Assembly: GCA_964621755.1 (NCBI GenBank)
Contig: CAZUPI010000007.1
Location: 7,016 to 71,015, forward strand
DNA length: 64,000 nucleotides
Direction: 5' to 3'
Origin: an uncultured Ruminococcus sp.
Lineage (GTDB): Bacteria; Bacillota; Clostridia; Oscillospirales; CAG-272
Under the pieces are notes generated by a model that was not told where the DNA came from, searched no databases, and was given only the letters and a program-made list of their open reading frames with translations. Below are positions 1 to 7,533 of this stretch, piece after piece; within the stretch, counting starts at the first letter, position 1, and every line of letters starts with the position of its first letter. A program made the translations under genes and the position numbers.

Positions 1-96
1 CTGCGATGTGACGCCAAGAGCCTGCGCCAAATCTTCCTGAGTTCTTCCATCCCTGCGACGGAGTTCTCTCATTTGTTCTCCCAATTTAATCTGCAT
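1..96 (-). CDS. XRE/Cro-CI-type helix-turn-helix regulator, N-terminal fragment (gene continues past window start)
   Basis: Reverse-strand ATG at 96..94 follows a GGAGAA Shine-Dalgarno. Translation MQIKLGEQMRELRRRDGRTQEDLAQALGVTSQ is a typical HTH_3 N-terminus. It is absent from the ORF track because the window edge truncates it. Confidence 0.55.
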   Translation of the reverse strand, partial: MQIKLGEQMRELRRRDGRTQEDLAQALGVTSQ

Positions 97-351
97 ATTA
101 TTTTCTCCAATATAGTTTATTCACCGGTGTGACTACATTCTATCATATAAATTCAGCGAAAACAATTATCAATTTGTTGTTCAAAAATCAACATATTGTT
201 TGATTTTACACCGTGCTTTATATTTCTATGGGGTTAGCAAGCATCGGATTTTGGCGCCAAAGTCCAAAACAAGCGGAAAAAATATAGTAGGCGGTGACTT
301 CTTTATGAGGTTCCGCCCACTCCGCTGTCCTTTTCAGGCAACCTGATTCAC

Positions 352-406
352 ATTAATATTTCTCAAACATTTTTCTAAACTTTCTCAAATATCGTCGGTA
401 TAGAAT
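352..406 (+). promoter_or_regulatory. Promoter/operator copy A: ATTAATATTT box, three CAAAC-like direct repeats at about 10-11 bp spacing, and -10 TAGAAT
   Basis: ATTAATATTTCTCAAACATTTTTCTAAACTTTCTCAAATATCGTCGGTATAGAAT. It is near-identical to 1551..1605 and related to 5180..5234 and 5844..5899. The box-to-(-10) distance is 49 bp. Confidence 0.6.
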
Positions 407-450
407 AAATAAGACAAGTGAGAAATCGCTGAATATAAGGAGGCAGAATT

Positions 451-1551
451 ATGAAAATCCAAAACCCAGAAGTAACGTTGAGCGATGAGGCAAGAAACGG
501 CGTGAAAGAGGAGGTCAGAAGCGGATTCCTCGACTGGTTGTTTCAGTTTTCCACAGAAGGCGACGACGGGGAGATTTACTCTCTCGGCGGCTCAATTCTT
601 TCCCTTGCTCTCGAAAAAATTGATCTGGTATCCATCAACTGGACGAAAGGAAAAGGCGATGCGGTTCAGCTTCCCAATTCGATCTATAAGCTCGGCAAGT
701 ACCCCGGAATGCAGCTTGAGCGGCTGCTGCGCAAACCCCAAGGAACGCTCCAAATTGAAAAGAAAGAACACAGCGTTTTCGTGACCTGCGGCGAAGAATA
801 TCAGGTGGAATGCTTCGAGAATCACGCATGGCACCTGATGATCGATACGCTGGACGGCGAATATAAAGCCGACCTCTGGCACAGACCGCAGGGGTATCCA
901 CTTTGGTATGGCAGAGAAAAACCATCCTACCTGACACAGCACTCCGTGACATACGGTTATAACTGGGCAGGTGAAGTGGAAGGAACGATATGGATTAAGG
1001 GAAATCAAGTAAAAGTAAAGGGTCTCGGCATCCGTGAACGCTATGTTGCGGTGGATTCCTCTGCGGCGGAGCTTGGCGGCTGGGAAGACTGGGGCTTTAT
1101 CTCTTTCAACGAGATTCATTCGTCCATGTACGATATGCGGATCGGCATGAAGGATTTCTCCGTTTACGATCTGCAGACCGGGAAGCACTACCCGGAAGGC
1201 AATATGACAATCACCCATGAGGATTGGGCGTTCCTGCGCGAGTTGGACGGCTTTATCCCGACGGTATACAAGGTGAAAATAGAACTGGAGGACGGCGTGT
1301 ACGAGATTAAAGCACATGTTTGCAATGCGACGACATGGGGCGCCACCTTCAAAGTGCCGGATAATCCCGTTGCAACCCTTACCTATGATAAAGTAGAAGG
1401 AACTTTTACTCACAAGGATGGCACAGTGAGAAAACTGACCGGCGGACGAGGCTGTATGTCAGTACGGCAATGGCACGCTTATCCCAACATTCTCCCCCGG
1501 GAGCTGTATTCGGATGAAACGCCCACCGGCGAGAAATTTGAGACTTTATAA
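451..1551 (+). CDS. Hypothetical cytoplasmic protein (366 aa), family not recognised
   Basis: Intact ORF with AAGGAGG 8 nt upstream of the ATG. No signal peptide or TM segment is visible. It is driven by promoter copy A. Confidence 0.7.
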   Translation: MKIQNPEVTLSDEARNGVKEEVRSGFLDWLFQFSTEGDDGEIYSLGGSILSLALEKIDLVSINWTKGKGDAVQLPNSIYKLGKYPGMQLERLLRKPQGTLQIEKKEHSVFVTCGEEYQVECFENHAWHLMIDTLDGEYKADLWHRPQGYPLWYGREKPSYLTQHSVTYGYNWAGEVEGTIWIKGNQVKVKGLGIRERYVAVDSSAAELGGWEDWGFISFNEIHSSMYDMRIGMKDFSVYDLQTGKHYPEGNMTITHEDWAFLRELDGFIPTVYKVKIELEDGVYEIKAHVCNATTWGATFKVPDNPVATLTYDKVEGTFTHKDGTVRKLTGGRGCMSVRQWHAYPNILPRELYSDETPTGEKFETL

Positions 1552-1605
1552 TTAATATTTTTCAAACATTTCTCTAAACTTTCTCAAATATTGCCAATGT
1601 AGAAT
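1551..1605 (+). promoter_or_regulatory. Promoter/operator copy B (same architecture as copy A)
   Basis: ATTAATATTTTTCAAACATTTCTCTAAACTTTCTCAAATATTGCCAATGTAGAAT. The -10 TAGAAT lies 49 bp after the ATTAATATTT box, directly upstream of the ABC operon. Confidence 0.6.
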
Positions 1606-1640
1606 AAGCATATCAAGTAAAGCAAGGGAGAGATCAAAAT

Positions 1641-1668
1641 GAACGCTATAGAAAGAACGCTATAGAAA
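1641..1668 (+). repeat. Perfect 14-bp tandem duplication (GAACGCTATAGAAA x2) inside the 5' end of the first ABC ATPase gene
   Basis: Positions 1641-1654 and 1655-1668 are identical. Removing one copy restores ATG(1639) MNAIEIRNLSKSFRGLYAVEGLNMTVPVG in frame with ORF 1722..2552. Confidence 0.9.
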
Positions 1669-1721
1669 TTAGAAATCTATCAAAAAGCTTTCGCGGACTG
1701 TATGCGGTTGAAGGTCTGAAT

Positions 1722-2552
1722 ATGACGGTTCCCGTTGGAGCGATTTATGGCTTTATCGGGGAAAACGGCTCCGGCAAATCTACTACAGAGAAGCTGATTT
1801 GCGGCCATCTTGTCCTGGACGGCGGCACAATCAAGTTGTTCGGAAGAGATTATAAGGATGCCGGCGTGCGCGTCCGGGTCGGCGCCCTGATTGAGAACGC
1901 AGGCTGCTTTCCGAATTCCAGCGTATGGGATAACCTGATGATGCAGGCTATCAATCTGGGGCTGGAAAATCCCGCCGAAGAAATCAACCGCGTGCTTGGA
2001 ATCGTCCGTATGGAGGATTCCGCAAAGATTAAATTCAAAAGCTGTTCTCTGGGAATGAAGCAGCGTATCGGCATTGCGATGGCGCTGCTGGGGGACCCGG
2101 CCTTGCTGATTCTCGATGAGCCCATCAACGGTCTTGACACCGATGGTATGCGGATCATGCGGGAAATCCTGATGGATATTACCCGGAAATATTCTACCAC
2201 TGTGCTAATCTCCTCGCATATTCTCGGGGAACTCGAAAAAATTGCCACGCATTACGGCATCATCCGCCAGGGGAAAAAGATTCAGGAAATCTCTGCAAAG
2301 GAAATGGAAAACAGAGCCCGTGTGTTCGTATCCATTAGAACAAAAGATATGAGAGGCGCAAAAAGCGTTTTGCAGAAAAGATTCGCGGATGTCCGGGAAG
2401 AGGAAGGGTATCTGCGCGTATACGAGGTAGATAATACAGAAGCGATTGTTGACTATCTGTATCGAAGCGGACATGTTGTGAACGAAATCCGAAAAAATAA
2501 AATCGGTCTGGAAGAGTACTATGTCGAGATGATGTCAAAGAAGGAGGCGTAA
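1722..2552 (+). CDS. ABC transporter ATP-binding protein (BcrA/lantibiotic-immunity-like); intact ORF only, ancestral start at 1639 disrupted
   Basis: Walker A GENGSGKST, signature LGMKQR, Walker B LLILDEP and H-loop SSHIL are present. The RBS-equipped ATG at 1639 is separated from this ORF by the 14-bp duplication, which gives a stop at 1663. Confidence 0.85.
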   Translation: MTVPVGAIYGFIGENGSGKSTTEKLICGHLVLDGGTIKLFGRDYKDAGVRVRVGALIENAGCFPNSSVWDNLMMQAINLGLENPAEEINRVLGIVRMEDSAKIKFKSCSLGMKQRIGIAMALLGDPALLILDEPINGLDTDGMRIMREILMDITRKYSTTVLISSHILGELEKIATHYGIIRQGKKIQEISAKEMENRARVFVSIRTKDMRGAKSVLQKRFADVREEEGYLRVYEVDNTEAIVDYLYRSGHVVNEIRKNKIGLEEYYVEMMSKKEA

Positions 2553-2556
2553 TCCT

Positions 2557-3393
2557 ATGGAAGCAGTGCGTAAATTAAGATTTAAATCGCCAAGTTTTAT
2601 TAACAGATTGAAGGGTATGCTGGGCGTTGATTTCTATCGCTTATTCCATACGCCCATGTTTTACATTTTTCTGGCAATAGCCGCGATGATTCCGGCGCTG
2701 ATCTTGGGGACCACCGGAACCACCGAAGGGGTGGAACCGCTATACACCAATACCTGGAACATCGTTGCAGCGGATACGCCCATTTATGCTGTTTCAGATA
2801 TGGGTGAATACGCCAATATGAACATGGTATTTATCTTTGGCGGTATTATGGTTTCCATCTTTATCGGACATGATTATAAAAGCGGATACGTGAAGCAGCT
2901 GTTCACCACCCATTCGAAAAAACAGGACTATATGATGTCTAAATCCATCACCTGCGCTTTCGCTATGGCTTGTATGTGCATCACTTACCTGATTGGCGGC
3001 GTGGCTGCGGGATTGCTTGTCGGGGCGTCCTTTGAGGTCAATGTCGGCTCGCTGATTTTTGCAATCCTCTCCAAAATGATTATGAGCCTTGGCTGGGCAA
3101 GCCTTTATACCTTCCTCAACATCATCTTCAGAAGATATTTTGGCATTTCCATCGCTTCGTCCTTCTTCTTTGGTACGGGCATTCTGATTATCGGCGCAGG
3201 TATGATTATCGGAAATTCCTCTATCCTCAATATTTTCCTATATGGTTCTTCGGTCTATGCGTGCCTGTCAAGCAGTATTGTGACCTTGCTTGTGTGCCTT
3301 GCAGTCTCGGCAGCATGGGCGGTTATCTATAATGTACTCGGTTCGCTCATCCTCTCGAAAAGCATGTATATTGATAGGAGGCGGTTAAAATGA
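2557..3393 (+). CDS. ABC-2-type transporter permease
   Basis: 278 aa with about 6 hydrophobic segments. It starts 5 nt after the ATPase stop, and its stop overlaps the ATG at 3390 (ATGA). Confidence 0.75.
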   Translation: MEAVRKLRFKSPSFINRLKGMLGVDFYRLFHTPMFYIFLAIAAMIPALILGTTGTTEGVEPLYTNTWNIVAADTPIYAVSDMGEYANMNMVFIFGGIMVSIFIGHDYKSGYVKQLFTTHSKKQDYMMSKSITCAFAMACMCITYLIGGVAAGLLVGASFEVNVGSLIFAILSKMIMSLGWASLYTFLNIIFRRYFGISIASSFFFGTGILIIGAGMIIGNSSILNIFLYGSSVYACLSSSIVTLLVCLAVSAAWAVIYNVLGSLILSKSMYIDRRRLK

Positions 3394-3457
3394 ATGCAAT
3401 AGAAATTAAGGCTTAACCAAAAACTTTGGAGACAAACAAGCGCTCAAAGGTCTCAAT

Positions 3458-4288
3458 ATGACCGTTCCTGTGGGAGCGATATACGGTTTCATCGGGGAAA
3501 ATGGAAGTGGAAAATCCACGACCGAAAAGCTCATCTGCGGACTTCTCGTTCCGAGCGGAGAAACGATTAAGCTGTTTGGCAGAGATTATACCAATGCGGA
3601 TGTTCGAGCAAAGGTCGGCGTCCTCATCGAAGCGCCTGGATGCTTCCCGAATTACAGTGTGTGGAACAACATGATGCTCCAAGCTGCCAATTTAAGTATT
3701 CAAAACCCGGAGACAGAGGTAAGAAAAGTTCTGAAAATGGTCAGAATGGAAGGCGCTGCCGGAAATAAATATAAAAACTGTTCTTTGGGTATGAAGCAAA
3801 GAATCGGCATCGCCATGGCGCTGCTGGGACGTCCGACCTTGCTGGTGCTGGATGAACCGATTAACGGTCTGGATGCGGACGGCATGCGCATTATGAGAGA
3901 GGTGCTTGTGAATATCACCAAAAACTACAGATGCACCGTTGTAATCTCCTCTCATATTCTGGGGGAACTCGAAAAGATAGCGACACATTACGGAATTGTC
4001 CGCGGCGGCAAAATGATTAAAGAGATGACCGCCGAAGAATTGGATGCGGGATGCCGGACCTATGTGGCTCTTCAAACAAGGGAGATGAGCCGAACAAAGG
4101 CGCTGCTGGCCTGCAAGTTTTCACGTGTGAAAGAAGATGAAAGTGGATATATCCGTGTGTATGACGTGGAAAATCCCGAGCAGGTTGTCACGTATCTGTA
4201 TGAAAACGGCATCTTGATAAGTGAGATCCAAACAGCCAAGATTGGTTTGGAAGAATACTATATCGATTTGATGAAGGAGGGCAGATAA
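3458..4288 (+). CDS. ABC transporter ATP-binding protein, paralogue of 1722..2552; ancestral start at 3390 lost by -1 frameshift
   Basis: It has the same motifs as the first ATPase and is highly similar to it. ATG at 3390 gives MNAIEIKA then a stop at 3414. Inserting one G in AAGGCTTAACC restores MNAIEIKGLTKNFGDKQALKGLNMTVPVG. Confidence 0.85.
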   Translation: MTVPVGAIYGFIGENGSGKSTTEKLICGLLVPSGETIKLFGRDYTNADVRAKVGVLIEAPGCFPNYSVWNNMMLQAANLSIQNPETEVRKVLKMVRMEGAAGNKYKNCSLGMKQRIGIAMALLGRPTLLVLDEPINGLDADGMRIMREVLVNITKNYRCTVVISSHILGELEKIATHYGIVRGGKMIKEMTAEELDAGCRTYVALQTREMSRTKALLACKFSRVKEDESGYIRVYDVENPEQVVTYLYENGILISEIQTAKIGLEEYYIDLMKEGR

Positions 4289-4289
4289 C

Positions 4290-5111
4290 ATGGAAAAGAC
4301 AGAGAAAATCAAATTTGCGCATAACAGCTTTGGCAAACGGCTGAAAAGCATGTTATCGGTGGACTTTCGAAGAATGTTTACAATGCCGCTGCTCTATATC
4401 ATGGTGGGTATCGCCGCCGTGATTCCCATATTGGTACTGGTAATGACGACTGCTATGGATGGGTCCGTTTCTGTAGATCCGGTAACAGGCGTGGAAACGG
4501 TAGTGGAAATGGAACCCTTTACAAACACTTGGCAAGTTGTTGAATCGGTAAGTAGCGATAGCTCCGGAATAAGCGCCGATATCATGAGTATGTGCAATAT
4601 TAACCTGCTTTTCTTCATGGCGGCAGTTCTTGTTTGCATTTTTGTTGCTGATGATTTCAGAAGCGGATATGCAAAAAATCTCTTTACGGTTCGCTCCCCA
4701 AAAAACGACTATGTGGTCTCGAAAACCCTTGTAGGCTTTGTCGGCGGCGCACTTATGATTTTGGCTTACTTGGTTGGCTCACTTCTCGGAGGTGCTATCG
4801 CGGGATTATCCTTCGACGCAGGCGCGGCAGGCGTCAGCGGAATCGTGATGTGTCTTCTGTCAAAGGAGTTCTTAATGGCGGTATTTGTTCCGATTTACCT
4901 GTTATGGAGCGTTGTGGGCAAACAGAAACTATGGCTGTCCATGGTCGGCTCGTTTTGCGTCGGCATGCTGTTCTTCATGATGATTCCTGCGCTGACGCCT
5001 CTAAATTCCGGAATCATGAATGTCATTATGTGCTTGATTGGGGGAGCATTATTCAGCGTGGGTCTCGGTGCCGTCAGCAACACGGTATTAAGAAAAACAA
5101 GTTTGGTGTAA
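4290..5111 (+). CDS. ABC-2-type transporter permease (diverged paralogue of 2557..3393)
   Basis: 273 aa, multi-pass hydrophobic. It starts 2 nt after the ATPase stop. Confidence 0.75.
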   Translation: MEKTEKIKFAHNSFGKRLKSMLSVDFRRMFTMPLLYIMVGIAAVIPILVLVMTTAMDGSVSVDPVTGVETVVEMEPFTNTWQVVESVSSDSSGISADIMSMCNINLLFFMAAVLVCIFVADDFRSGYAKNLFTVRSPKNDYVVSKTLVGFVGGALMILAYLVGSLLGGAIAGLSFDAGAAGVSGIVMCLLSKEFLMAVFVPIYLLWSVVGKQKLWLSMVGSFCVGMLFFMMIPALTPLNSGIMNVIMCLIGGALFSVGLGAVSNTVLRKTSLV

Positions 5112-5179
5112 CGGTACCTTCCTGATTTTCATCCGGGATTTGGCATCCCGCTATGGAAATTTTGTGACAAAAGCCGCAA

Positions 5180-5234
5180 ATTAATATTTTTCAAACAATT
5201 TTGAAGCAAGCTGCAAACAATCATGGGGTAATAT
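5180..5234 (+). promoter_or_regulatory. Promoter/operator copy C
   Basis: ATTAATATTTTTCAAACAATTTTGAAGCAAGCTGCAAACAATCATGGGGTAATAT. The -10 TAATAT lies 49 bp after the box. Confidence 0.5.
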
Positions 5235-5262
5235 ATAGCCAGATAACCTATATATGATTCAC

Positions 5263-5290
5263 AGGCAGCAGCCCATAGTCGCTGCTGCCT
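5263..5290 (+). terminator. Terminator-like hairpin in the leader downstream of promoter C
   Basis: AGGCAGCAGC-ccatagtc-GCTGCTGCCT followed by ATTTTATT. Confidence 0.45.
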
Positions 5291-5314
5291 ATTTTATTGC
5301 GAGGGAGGAAAAAG

Positions 5315-5732
5315 GTGGAAAGACTACTTAAGATATTGCGTTCCCGCACCATACCATATTTAATTTGCGATCATGAGCTTTTGAGCGCACTGCGCATGGC
5401 AGCGAAAAAGAGTGCGAATCATCACGCCGCATATCCCGGATAAGAAAACCGTCTTTCTGATGACGCGCCCAAATTATGGGGTGTTGATTCAGGACGGCGT
5501 GAAAATCTACGAATATACGCCGGGCTTTATTCATGCCAAGAACTTCATCTAGAACTTCATCCGCTTGAGTGTGGCGCATGGATGTATGATACGGACTTGC
5601 ATCCCGGACATGAAAGCGGACTTTTTGGAGACGGTCACACAATCTGAGAAGATTACGGCGGACAGGGCCCGATCGCGGGGATGGAAACGGTTATTGGCCG
5701 AGCTGATGAAAGTCTTCTCACCATTATTGTAA
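5315..5732 (+). pseudogene. Cardiolipin synthase (Cls, PLD/HKD family) C-terminal remnant: 5'-truncated, frameshifted, with an in-frame stop
   Basis: The pieces read ...YLICDHELLSALRMAAKKS / IITPHIPDKKTVFLMTRPNYGVLIQDGVKIYEYTPGFIHAKNFI* / ...DMKADFLETVTQSEKIT...LAELMKVFSPLL*. The HKD motif GFIHAK and the Cls-like C-terminus are recognisable. The N-terminal two thirds are missing. Confidence 0.6.
5539..5562 (+). repeat. 12-bp near-perfect tandem duplication (AGAACTTCATCT/AGAACTTCATCC) creating a TAG stop in the cls remnant
   Basis: 11 of 12 positions are identical. The junction creates TAG at 5550..5552, right after the HKD motif. Confidence 0.8.
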
Positions 5733-5843
5733 GGACGTTAAGAGTTGGGTTCCTAATAGGCAGATTGACAGAGGAGAATTCAATTTAGGCGGATGGCGTT
5801 CTGACGCTTTCGTCCTGGGTACAGAAATCACAGCAATTTTAAA

Positions 5844-5899
5844 ATTAATATTTTTAGAAACAATCCTCAAACAAAGTGCAAACAAAAATCGGGTATTAT
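5844..5899 (+). promoter_or_regulatory. Promoter/operator copy D (upstream of the two-component operon; likely autoregulation)
   Basis: ATTAATATTTTTAGAAACAATCCTCAAACAAAGTGCAAACAAAAATCGGGTATTAT. The -10 TATTAT lies 50 bp after the box. Confidence 0.5.
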
Positions 5900-5947
5900 G
5901 TTATGATATAGAGGTCTTACAATAGGATCAGAGAAGGAAACCGAGCC

Positions 5948-6835
5948 ATGAAACACTTTAAACGGATTTTGAATCACATTCTGTTTCCCAAATTAGCGGT
6001 GGTAATTATCAGTGTGCCGGTCGCGGTAGCTCTACTTGTCTATACGTTTTTATATGAGGAGGACTACAGCCTAGTTGCTTATATATCCTATATGCTGTCT
6101 GCATATTCTTTGATTATCGTGTGCGCACGGATTATCAGAATGCCCAAAGGAGACTTTAAGGCTGTGCTGCATCGGAATCAGTATATTCATAGGTACTTGA
6201 CAGATATTCCGTTTAAGACACATGTTTCGCTGTACCTGTCGCTTGGGATTAATCTGCTCTTTGTGGCAATGAAGCTCTTTTATGGCGTCTATTACAGTTC
6301 TGTGTGGTTTGGAACTCTGGCGGTTTACTATATCATGCTGGCCGTGATGCGCTTCCTGCTGCTGCGGCATGTCAAGCGAAATGCAATTGGAAAGGAGCTT
6401 GTTTTAGAACTGCGGCAGTATCGTTTGTGCGGTATTATCCTGTTGCTGATGAACATCGCATTGTCCGGTGTTGTGGTTCTTGTGGTCAGGAAAAATGAAG
6501 GCTTTCATTATGCCGGTTACCTGATTTATGTGGTCGCTATGTACGCTTTCTACAATATTATTTCGGCAGTCAGGGACGTTGTAAAATATAGGGAATATAA
6601 GAGCCCTGTTATGTCGGCGGCGAAAGCAATCAAATTGGCAACAGCTTTGGTGTCCATGCTGTCGCTGGAAACGGCAATGCTGATGCAGTTTGATACAGGC
6701 GAGAACCCACCGGTTTTTAGAAGAGTTATGACTGCAACCACGGGCGGTTGCGTTTGTTTCTTCGTGCTTGCAATGGCTGTTTTTATGATTATAAAATCAA
6801 CCAAGCAGCTAAAAAATGATAGCACGCAAACATAA
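5948..6835 (+). CDS. Multi-pass integral membrane protein of unknown function (295 aa)
   Basis: About 7-8 hydrophobic helices. It is the first gene behind promoter D, 17 nt upstream of the response regulator. Confidence 0.7.
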   Translation: MKHFKRILNHILFPKLAVVIISVPVAVALLVYTFLYEEDYSLVAYISYMLSAYSLIIVCARIIRMPKGDFKAVLHRNQYIHRYLTDIPFKTHVSLYLSLGINLLFVAMKLFYGVYYSSVWFGTLAVYYIMLAVMRFLLLRHVKRNAIGKELVLELRQYRLCGIILLLMNIALSGVVVLVVRKNEGFHYAGYLIYVVAMYAFYNIISAVRDVVKYREYKSPVMSAAKAIKLATALVSMLSLETAMLMQFDTGENPPVFRRVMTATTGGCVCFFVLAMAVFMIIKSTKQLKNDSTQT

Positions 6836-6852
6836 GAAATGGAGGAATTCTG

Positions 6853-7524
6853 ATGATAAAGATTCTTGTTTTGGACGATGATGTAAAGTTAAACCAGACG
6901 GTTTGCACTTACTTAAATGACTGCGGGTTTCAGACCAAGGGCTGTTTGCGTGCAAAAGACGCATACGATGAGATGTATAATAATTTATATGAGCTGATTA
7001 TCTCTGACATCATGATGCCGGAGGTGGATGGTTTTGAATTCGCGGAAAACGTAAGAAAGGTAAACAAGCATATACCAATCCTGTTCATGTCGGCCAAGGA
7101 TGACCTGCCTTCCAAGCAGAAAGGTTTTCAGCTGGGAATCGATGACTATATGGTCAAGCCAAATGAGTTGGATGAACTGCTTCTTCGTGTTCGGGCGCTT
7201 TTACGCCGCGCCAATATTGAAATGGATCGAAAGCTGACGGTGGGAAATTTGAAGATGTATGCGGATGCCATGGCTGCTACAGTGAATGGGGATGAGATTC
7301 CGATGACGACCAGGGAATTTAACATCCTGTATAAGCTGCTGTCCTACCCGAATAAGACTTTTTCCCGCTCCCAGCTAATGGATGAGTTCTGGGGAATCGA
7401 ATCGGAAACCAGCCTGCGGGCGGTGGATGTATATATTACGAAGCTGCGGGATAAATTCTCAATCTGTGACGGCTTTGAGATTAAGACAGTACGGGGGCTA
7501 GGCTATAAGGCGGTGCTGCGATGA
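6853..7524 (+). CDS. OmpR/PhoB-family DNA-binding response regulator
   Basis: The receiver domain has DD...D (ISDIMMP) and K (MVKP). The C-terminal winged helix reads LTTREFNILYKLLSYPNKTFSRSQL...VDVYITKLR. Confidence 0.9.
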   Translation: MIKILVLDDDVKLNQTVCTYLNDCGFQTKGCLRAKDAYDEMYNNLYELIISDIMMPEVDGFEFAENVRKVNKHIPILFMSAKDDLPSKQKGFQLGIDDYMVKPNELDELLLRVRALLRRANIEMDRKLTVGNLKMYADAMAATVNGDEIPMTTREFNILYKLLSYPNKTFSRSQLMDEFWGIESETSLRAVDVYITKLRDKFSICDGFEIKTVRGLGYKAVLR

Positions 7525-7533
7525 AAACGAAGA

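Noticed and set aside
592-1413. Long antisense ORFs opposite well-supported genes (also 10124..11386, 14529..15167, 20395..21207, 31117..31920, 34721..35407, 37449..38153, 40411..41052, 45649..46680, 61548..62150)
   Set aside because: Each lies entirely within a gene on the other strand that has strong motif support. They have odd composition (Arg/Cys/His-rich) and no RBS. They are typical shadow ORFs of moderately GC-rich coding sequence.
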